Source of the DNA: TPA_inf: Saccharomyces
Taxonomy: Eukaryota
Direction of reading: 5' to 3'
DNA length: 64,000 nucleotides
Assembly (NCBI GenBank): GCA_000146045.2
Contig: BK006938.2
Span: forward strand, 1,440,001-1,504,000
Part shown: positions 56,165-64,000 of the stretch, in pieces
Numbering within the stretch: the stretch's first letter is position 1
Layout: every line of letters begins with the position of its first letter
The notes under the pieces: model-generated
What the model was told of the DNA's origin: nothing
Database searches by the model: none
The model's input: the letters and a program-made list of their open reading frames with translations, nothing else
Program-made: the position numbers and the translations under genes

Positions 56165-56548
56165 TCATTTGGAGACCTCTATGTTGTCTAACTCGTCCTT
56201 CTCCTTAGCTGCAGCTTCAGCTTCTAATATGTATGGCAACAGGTAAGGAACATCCTCTTGGGCTTTGATCCATTCGTTTCTTGGCAGTAAATGATGAGTC
56301 AACTCGGTTTGATGAGCCCTGATTATTCTATATGCTCTGGCATAAGATTCATCTTCAGGGAGTCTTCTTAAAGCGGTCTGCATGATGGGATTTTCCTCTG
56401 CAATTAAGTCGTCAAATTTGAGCCCTAACTTCTTGTAACCTGCGAGGTTAATGAACTGATTGGCAACTGGAACACATAACTTGGAGAGGACGGGTGACTT
56501 CAAAATATAGTCACCAATTCTCGCAATAGACGTAAAAGACTGTGGCAT
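56165..56548 (-). CDS. QCR7: cytochrome bc1 complex subunit 7 (127 aa)
   Basis: [54 protein letters not shown]... Confidence 0.9.
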
Positions 56549-56722
56549 TTTGTTCTTTCTGGAACGTTTAATTACAGTTACTAATATTCTGATAAATTGT
56601 CCAACAACAACCTTTACTGCTATTTTTCCAAGCTTTTACATCTCTTCCCTTTTATTACTGCTCTATGAAAGTAAATTGTCAGGCCCCCCGCCGGGGTGAC
56701 CCGATAAAAAGCGCGTCGCTCC

Positions 56723-56730
56723 TGATTGGT
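56723..56730. promoter_or_regulatory. HAP2/3/4/5 CCAAT-type site (TGATTGGT) in the QCR7 promoter
   Basis: Exact TNATTGGT, ~175 bp upstream of the QCR7 ATG. A GC-rich block ccccccgccgggg sits 30 bp away. Confidence 0.5.
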
Positions 56731-56790
56731 CAAAACAAGATCACAGCGCAGTTACACATCTATAGACAATGTACATATGGCTAATAGACC

Positions 56791-57768
56791 TTAATAGTGA
56801 TACTCTGTTGGTTTTTGGCCTGCTGTGTTGGGGAAACCGCATTGCAGTAACGACTTGTCCACAAGATGAGGATCTTCAGTGAGGTTCTCTAGTTTTTCTC
56901 TGTCTTTAACGAGGATCATACCACAGTACCCCGTGGAGTTAATGTTTAACATCAATGGCGGTCCACTCTTGGCATGCGATCTTGGAACTACACAGATCCA
57001 TTTCTTGGTCAGTAGCACATTGTATGACTTGGTCAACTCCGGAGACTCATTGGTCCAATCTTGGAAAAATGTAAGTGCTCTCTGCATCAAAGATACGTAA
57101 CACATAGCAAGAAGATCTTCGTCCACTTGATCAGACGATTCCGGCAGCGGCAAGACGAAATGAGCAAAGGAAACCTTATCATCTTGTAATGGCTCTGCGT
57201 TGAAGGTGGGCAAGAAATGATCCTTTCCGTTGCACAATACGTCCTGAAAAGGTATAAATTTTTCAGGCATTTGCATGATCTGCAAGTGTTTGTGATCTTG
57301 TGAGGAACCGCTATGAGGTCCACAATTATAAAAGACCAGATACCTTTCACAAGTGACATCATCGTCCTTGTCTCCTTGGAGAGAACAGAGCACATTATAA
57401 GCAGTCATCAAGTCACTTGGCGTCAAAGCAGATCTCTGGTCTTTAAACTCGCTTGTCACTAGGAGACTATGTTCAGGGACCACAGGAAATTTGTTGAGTA
57501 GCAGCTTATATTCTCCGTCACCATTTAGATCTTCAGTCACCACTAGTTCTTCGTCGGGATTGGCGAACGGGTCCTCCGCCTTTGAATCGCTATTCTTGTT
57601 AGCGTCTGGCTTAAGTGCCAAAGATGGAGCAAATGTCACCCAATATTGTGTCGTCGTTTGAGGATCTTTCAACTTCTTGGATTCTGCATGCGTTACTTTC
57701 AGATGCCCATTCTTTTTGGCTGCAACGAACTTATCGTGGATTTTCTGTTTCAAATTCTCTTCAATCAT
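56791..57768 (-). CDS. APA2: Ap4A phosphorylase II / ATP adenylyltransferase (325 aa)
   Basis: The track ORF of 346 aa starts at a TTG; the first ATG is at 57766-57768 (MIEENLKQKIHDKF). Apa1/2-family similarity. Confidence 0.85.
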   Translation of the reverse strand: MIEENLKQKIHDKFVAAKKNGHLKVTHAESKKLKDPQTTTQYWVTFAPSLALKPDANKNSDSKAEDPFANPDEELVVTEDLNGDGEYKLLLNKFPVVPEHSLLVTSEFKDQRSALTPSDLMTAYNVLCSLQGDKDDDVTCERYLVFYNCGPHSGSSQDHKHLQIMQMPEKFIPFQDVLCNGKDHFLPTFNAEPLQDDKVSFAHFVLPLPESSDQVDEDLLAMCYVSLMQRALTFFQDWTNESPELTKSYNVLLTKKWICVVPRSHAKSGPPLMLNINSTGYCGMILVKDREKLENLTEDPHLVDKSLLQCGFPNTAGQKPTEYHY

Positions 57769-58231
57769 CTTTGTCTTCCTATTTTCTCTGACCCAGGGGC
57801 TCGGTTGCCTTTTAATTTTATTATATTTCAATAGTTCAACACATTTTCGAAACAGGCAAAAGCTTTACACGTGACGTTGGTATGATCGAGTATTATTCAT
57901 ATGGTCGTTCATGATTGCGTATTTACGACAGTATCTCAAAAAGTTTCACTCAAATGCGGAGAACTATCCGCGATCTACGCATTGAGCTCCTTTAGTTTGT
58001 AATTGCCGGGACCGATTTTTTTTTTTTTACTTCTGACTGTTCCACTTAGGAATCTTACATGACGTTAAACGACTAGCGCAGTTCCCCCAATATCGGCCGA
58101 AATTTTATTTCACCAACATAACGATGAGTAAAAAGAACTTATGTTTCTGAACAGATTGATCATTAAAACTAAAAAACTACCAGAATAAAGAAATTTATAG
58201 TTCCAATTGAGTGCATGCGAAAAGAATCGCA

Positions 58232-59335
58232 ATGCCGCGAATTACTCAAGAGATATCTTACAATTGCGATTATGGCGACAATACTTTCAACCTTGCTATT
58301 GATATAGGAGGCACTCTGGCTAAAGTAGTCTTCTCGCCTATACACAGTAACAGGCTGATGTTCTACACCATTGAAACAGAGAAAATTGACAAGTTCATGG
58401 AACTTCTGCATTCTATTATCAAAGAACATAACAATGGATGCTATAGAATGACTCATATAATTGCCACTGGTGGTGGCGCCTTCAAGTTTTATGATTTGTT
58501 GTATGAAAATTTTCCTCAAATAAAAGGTATATCGAGGTTCGAAGAAATGGAAGGCTTAATTCACGGTTTAGACTTTTTCATTCATGAGATTCCCGATGAA
58601 GTTTTCACTTACAACGATCAAGATGGCGAAAGGATAATACCCACCAGTTCCGGCACCATGGACTCAAAGGCTATCTACCCATACCTTCTAGTCAATATAG
58701 GGTCGGGTGTCTCAATATTAAAAGTCACCGAACCAAACAATTTTAGTAGAGTAGGCGGTTCTTCACTGGGAGGAGGAACTCTTTGGGGCCTATTATCACT
58801 AATTACTGGCGCTCAAACTTATGATCAGATGCTCGATTGGGCACAAGAGGGTGACAATTCTAGCGTTGATATGCTAGTTGGAGATATTTATGGAACAGAC
58901 TATAATAAAATTGGTCTAAAGTCGTCAGCTATTGCAAGTTCATTTGGTAAAGTTTTCCAAAATAGAATGACATCTAACAAATCTTTGGAAAACAACGAAA
59001 ATAAATTATATTCCTCACATGAGTCTATTGAGAAAAACAATGGACAAATGTTTAAGAATCCTGATATTTGTAAAAGTCTTCTATTCGCCATCTCCAACAA
59101 TATTGGGCAAATAGCTTATTTGCAAGCTAAAATCAATAATATACAGAATATATACTTTGGCGGATCTTATACCAGAGGACATTTGACTACCATGAACACT
59201 TTGAGCTACGCTATTAATTTTTGGTCACAAGGATCAAAGCAAGCGTTTTTTCTCAAACATGAAGGCTATTTGGGTGCAATGGGTGCTTTCCTAAGCGCGT
59301 CTCGTCATTCATCTACTAAGAAAACAAGTACGTAG
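58232..59335 (+). CDS. CAB1: pantothenate kinase (367 aa)
   Basis: Fumble/PanK-II motifs (IDIGGTLAKVV, ATGGGAFKF, GGSSLGGGTLWGL). The track start at 58211 is a GTG; the first ATG is at 58232. Confidence 0.85.
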   Translation: MPRITQEISYNCDYGDNTFNLAIDIGGTLAKVVFSPIHSNRLMFYTIETEKIDKFMELLHSIIKEHNNGCYRMTHIIATGGGAFKFYDLLYENFPQIKGISRFEEMEGLIHGLDFFIHEIPDEVFTYNDQDGERIIPTSSGTMDSKAIYPYLLVNIGSGVSILKVTEPNNFSRVGGSSLGGGTLWGLLSLITGAQTYDQMLDWAQEGDNSSVDMLVGDIYGTDYNKIGLKSSAIASSFGKVFQNRMTSNKSLENNENKLYSSHESIEKNNGQMFKNPDICKSLLFAISNNIGQIAYLQAKINNIQNIYFGGSYTRGHLTTMNTLSYAINFWSQGSKQAFFLKHEGYLGAMGAFLSASRHSSTKKTST

Positions 59336-59395
59336 ATAGATTTCACTTTTTTTTTGGCTAGTAATATTACATACATCTTTATCTAGATAATTAAT

Positions 59396-60553
59396 TTATT
59401 CGTTTGTTAGCTCGCTTATAATGTCATCCATTACCTCAAAGATTTGCACCTTAGTATTATTTCTGTACTTATTGTTAAATTTACTGCTCGCTTCAATGTC
59501 TGTGACTATATTGCCACCCGCTTTTTGTAAAATAGTAATGTCTTTTATCATTGGCCTTTTTAAATCGCTTAAAGATATGGCAATTATATATTGCATATCC
59601 TTTATTTCAAATTGTACTTTTCCAAGCTGGGTAAAGATTTCAAAATTTAATATAGTCGTCTTTGACCCTTTGAGTAAAAAGTGCTTTTCCCAAAATTTTG
59701 TTAGCAAATTAATTGACTGACATAATTCTGATTCATTGGCCATTAAATGTCCAGAATCCTCTTTTTTTGATTGCTCTCCTTTTCGTATTATTTGATTTTT
59801 AACTTCATGCATTTCCTTGAGCTCTTTCGTTAACCTTTGATTTTGCTTCTGCAAAAATAGTAGTTTTTGCCAATTCGTGTATGTCTCTTCCACAAAATCA
59901 TCTGAATCACTTGAATTTAATATCGTATCTTTTTCTCCCATCATATTCTTATCTTCTTTGTTTGTTAAATTTTTTAGTTCATTGAGCGAATCCCAACAAT
60001 TTTCAATATCACCAGTGGCTTCCAGATACAACTCATTTATTAAATCTTGCCTTTCTGCAAAGTTGTGACCGGTCTCTTGGATTTCAGCTTTGATTTGTTC
60101 TATTTTGCTTTCTTGAACATTCGAAATTTCTTCCTTTAAATCATTAACTCTTTCATTAAGTTTTACAAATTGGGGGTCTTTTTCGGAATCTAACTGCAAA
60201 GGTTTCGTCGAGGACAAAGTAAACCTGAAGAAATAGTCCAATGTCTCCTGTTCCAAGTAAGTCAACTTAAGTAACTCCATTAGTTTATTGAACTCCTTGA
60301 TTTTTGCACTCAGAATTTTTGGATTTACAAAGACCTCCTTTCCCTCTACGTCTAAGCTCTCATCGTTCCTAAGAGGATTCACAAACTTGTTCTCTTCATT
60401 TATTGCCAGAATGCTGGAAGTAATTTCGTGCAATGTATTTTTGAGCCTTAGTTCTTGGTTATTTAGCACTTCTTCGCTGCTCACAGCAATAGAATCCTCA
60501 ATATCCGTTAACACGGTCTCATAGTCCTTTATGCTCGCACTCCCTGTATCCAT
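59396..60553 (-). CDS. KRE28: coiled-coil kinetochore protein Kre28 (385 aa)
   Basis: 385 aa, predicted coiled coil throughout. Position matches YDR532C. Confidence 0.75.
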
Positions 60554-61446
60554 TTCTTCACTAATTTTGTTTTAAAGCTAGTCTATATGTTTTTTTCTAT
60601 TGGTTGAAGTTTTTTTGATGCTGCTCATTCTCCTTGTGTTTATAAATAATGAGTTACGCGATCTTCACTTTTTTTACATGTGCTTATATTTAACTGCCTA
60701 GTTCCCAAGCGATGGCATTAAAGACAGCCAAATGCTAATTTCTGGTTGAATAACCTAATACGTATGCCCTAAATTATTTTTCCTTTTTAATCTGGAAGAT
60801 ATTGTTTATCCGGATGATATAACGTTCAATTTAATTGATGGGCATTACTAAATATTTTCAATATGACCAATTCGTGTCGACATTCTGCCATAATTAACCT
60901 GAGAAAAAAACATTTTTCGTGATCATTTAGCAAGAAACCGCAAGGAACAGCTCACTAAGATGCAAATAACCATTAGATAACTGAAACACACCTACAATGT
61001 CCCACATGAATAAACCCTTTAGGAAGCATCGGCAGCTGACAGAAATACCAAAATGAAAAAAAAAAAATTTAGAAAGTTTTATGTATAGTTTTACATATTG
61101 CATAGATGATTTGCAGCGTAACGACGCTAATGCTTTCTTCTCCATTCTCATTGATATTAACGTTGGCTAGATAAATGCTGTGCAACGGAGTGGCTGAAAA
61201 ATAAATTGTAGCACCTTGTTGGAGACCAAATGTAGTCTTCACTATTAACCTCTAGCTAAAGCAGATAAAAGATAAAGATTATAAACTTTGGTTATTGGAA
61301 GACCCATCTCAGACATGTGTTTCCCCAATATCCAAATATTTCAACGTATTAACAATGAGGTACATCCCTCGTACTCAATAACGCCTCCTAAAGTTCCTTA
61401 CATCTATATAGTAGTACAAAGGAAATTCTAATTATCAACCTTTGGC

Positions 61447-62160
61447 TCAGTTTTTTAAAGCGTCGATGGATCTTACGGCAGTGGAGTGCGCAGAAGCAGG
61501 ATTCACACCTGTTACCAGTCTTCCGTCAGTAATAGAGTAATCATCCCAGGGCCCAACCGGAGCTAAATACTTAGCGCCATATTTTTTAGCAACATCTTCA
61601 ACGGTTGCCAAATTCTTGGCTTTCAAAATACTATCAACACCCAAAATGGTTTCACCAACATCAGTAAAACCGGTGATAGATTTACCTTCGATCAATGGTC
61701 TTCCTGTTTTTTTGTCTGTTAACCCATCAAAAATAGCAGGACCGTGACAAACAGCTGCGACAACACCACCGTTAGCATAAATTTCGGAAGCAATGTCCTG
61801 CAAGTCTTTAGCCTTAGGATAGTCAAATAAGGTACCGTGGCCTGCAGATGCAAAAAAAATTTGGTAATCATCGGCATTCACCTCTTTTGGTGTCTTAATT
61901 TTAGCCAATGTCTTGTTGAAATCTGAGTCTTTATTTTTAAAATCCGTTTCGTCTTGACCATTTAGAAAATCTTTGGCTAAGGAATGCTCATCCCAACCAA
62001 ATTTTCCGGTTTCAGATACAAAATCGACTTCAAAACCTTCTTTTCGGAATGTGTTGAAGGGATGTAAGGCTTCTACAACAAAAACACCGGTCTTGGCGCC
62101 GTCACTGTAGAATACATCGTTATATGAGGTAAGAGCGAGTAAAACTTTTTTTGGGGCCAT
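61447..62160 (-). CDS. HSP31: DJ-1/PfpI-family glyoxalase/chaperone Hsp31 (237 aa)
   Basis: Active-site region [10 protein letters not shown]. 237 aa. Confidence 0.9.
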
Positions 62161-63313
62161 TATAAATTTGTTTGAGTTTTATCTGTGTAATTAGCCAGTG
62201 GGAAGTACTTAAAAATGCCGTTAATAAAATTTAGCGGATGATAAAGAAATGAATGGTTCTCCTTATGGCTGTTTATATATCTGATTTAAAGGGTAACGGA
62301 AACCGGAAGCAATAATGGAACCGTGAAGCCATCCCTTGAAAAAATTTTCCATTTCTTTCATGAAGACTATGTACATGCCCCTTATGCCAAGCTTTTTGAT
62401 TTTCAGGCTAGGAATGAGTAACGTTAATTCTCTGTATACATTCGCCCAGATTTCTTTACGGGATTTATGGATCCGTCAGAACAAAAAGCCGCCTCCCATG
62501 GATATCCTGCGTATTAGTCAGCATTATTTCTTTTATTCCGTAGCAGCTAAAAAATCTCCTAGAAAGAACGATCCTATCTGTCGCAACGGTACGTCGTGAT
62601 TTTTTTATGGGCTTATTCTTCCGAAAGTGTTCATTAAAGCATTTGGTGCATGTTTAATGTTCTATTTTTAATACACGTAGTAAACTTCGTGTTTTCTTCT
62701 CTCTGACCTAAATTATTACAGCCATATATAACTTTTTTTTTTAAATTCGGATAACTGGCACAGTACCAAAAGCTAAAATTTCTCACAAAAACATAATTAT
62801 ATGACAAACTGAACTACTCATTGCTACAGGTAATTTCAATAAAATGCGCTCAATGAAGTTGTGAATTTGCTTGCTTGTCTTTCTCGACCTTCTTTCAGTA
62901 TTATACTCCATTTGAATCTGATCACAAACACGAAAGTTCATTTCTTGTTTTGAACTATAAAATCATCATGTCATTTTTTAACTTTTATTTTCCTTGGCGT
63001 CAGATAAAACAAATACCCACTCTCACCTTTTAAAAAGCAAGAAATAAATAAAATGGTTATTTTTGAAAAGTCATATTTAACAAGTGAAATAGACATTGTT
63101 TTTAGATTATTTTAATCAACACCTGATATTTTCTTGATATAATATTACATACTGGTACATTCTTATAGACAGCCAGTGTCACGCAGACAAATAACATTGC
63201 GGACATAAGCTTTATCAACTATGATGAAATACTTAATTCACAATGCCATTTTGAAAAGTAAGACCACGGAGAGATCAGAAAGGTTGATTCTGCGCATCTG
63301 TCGTTAGCAGAAA

Positions 63314-64000
63314 TTACAAAAAGATAACGGCAGCGAGCGCAGCGCCCATCAGACCCGTACCAGCGGCGATAGAATCAGCCGCACCCGTGTAATTCACGAT
63401 TTGAGGAGTTGTGGACGACTTACCGTTAGTGAAAATACCAGCGGTAGTGGTTTGAACTCTTGTAATAGAGGATACCATTTTTGTGCTTGCAGAAGAACTT
63501 GATGACCAATTGTTACTTTCATGGGTACGAACAGATTGGGCATCCCTAGAAGAACTCTCTGTGTAAGCTTGCCCAATTCTAGTAGGAGTAACAATAGTAG
63601 CGCTTGACTCAGAGGAGGTGGTAGTAGATGCTACAACTGCAGACGTGGATTTAGAATTAGAGGAATTTTCAGTAGTAGTAGAAGAAAAAGTTGGCACAAC
63701 AGAAGAGGTTTTTGCAGCAGAAGAAGTCTCAATAGGAGAAGAAGCCTGGACAGAAGATGAAAGAGAAGTCTGAGTAGGAGATAAGCTTTTAACAGAAGTG
63801 GTCTCGATAGTAGAGGAAGAAGAAGAAGTCTCAACAGCAGAAGTCTCAACAGCAGAAGAAATCTCAACAGCAGAGGAAGTCTCAACGGCAGAGGAAGTCT
63901 CAGCAGCAGAGGAAGTCTCAGCAGCAGAAGAAGTCTCAACAGCAGAGGAAGTCTCAACAGCAGAGGAAGTCTCAACAGCAGAGGAAGTCTCAGCAGCAGA
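63314..64000 (-). CDS. FIT1: C-terminal part of the GPI-anchored siderophore-iron mannoprotein Fit1 (partial; continues beyond the window end)
   Basis: S/T-rich frame containing 6-aa repeats (AVETSS) and a C-terminal GPI signal ...NYTGAADSIAAGTGLMGAALAAVIFL. The frame stays open to 64000. Confidence 0.8.
   Translation of the reverse strand, partial: SAAETSSAVETSSAVETSSAVETSSAAETSSAAETSSAVETSSAVEISSAVETSAVETSSSSSTIETTSVKSLSPTQTSLSSSVQASSPIETSSAAKTSSVVPTFSSTTTENSSNSKSTSAVVASTTTSSESSATIVTPTRIGQAYTESSSRDAQSVRTHESNNWSSSSSASTKMVSSITRVQTTTAGIFTNGKSSTTPQIVNYTGAADSIAAGTGLMGAALAAVIFL
63810..64000 (-). repeat. 18-bp tandem repeats (gaggaagtctcaacagca-like, 10 or more copies) encoding SSAVET units inside FIT1
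   Basis: Direct visual periodicity of 18 bp, with minor variants (agaagaagtctc, gaggaagtctcagcagca). Confidence 0.85.

Noticed and set aside
62161-62420. STRE/HSE elements in the HSP31 promoter
   Set aside because: Only partial matches were found (no clean AGGGG/CCCCT; irregular GAA/TTC spacing in aaagaaatgaatggttctcc). This is insufficient to call.

Overview
This window is Saccharomyces cerevisiae nuclear DNA, on the right arm of chromosome IV. Gene order runs from VPS3/PUF6 (YDR495C/YDR496C) to FIT1 (YDR534C). From memory, unverified, it is collinear with S288C chrIV at roughly 1,440,001 to 1,504,000, with no net insertion. It is gene-dense: about 40 protein-coding genes that I recognise from their translations. 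Other features are one intron-containing tRNA-Leu(CAA) flanked by a degenerate solo Ty1-type delta LTR, the ribosomal-protein gene RPL37B with a 7-nt first exon and a 389-nt intron, and a 2.2-kb ORF-free gap that probably holds an H/ACA snoRNA (snR84 by recollection). Several promoters carry recognisable cis-elements: UASINO, Cbf1/Met31-32, MSE, MCB, HAP and a possible UASaa. The supplied ORF track evidently allows TTG/GTG starts, so many N-termini in it are over-extended; I trimmed each to the first ATG and checked the result against the known protein length. I see no prokaryote-type defence or mobile system and no foreign insert. The observations most worth a second look are: (1) a CpG-rich, about 57% GC island at 50.05 to 50.46 kb with nested perfect palindromes, upstream of SNA2, which matches no feature class I know; (2) the candidate snoRNA in the RBA50-HLR1 gap; (3) the PSP1 stop codon abutting, in frame, the start of the FVFVFV-repeat ORF SPG3; (4) the head-to-head coding overlap of EMI1 and GRX2; and (5) the tiny GPI-like protein YDR524C-B. 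Everything is inferred from reading the sequence. No searches were run.
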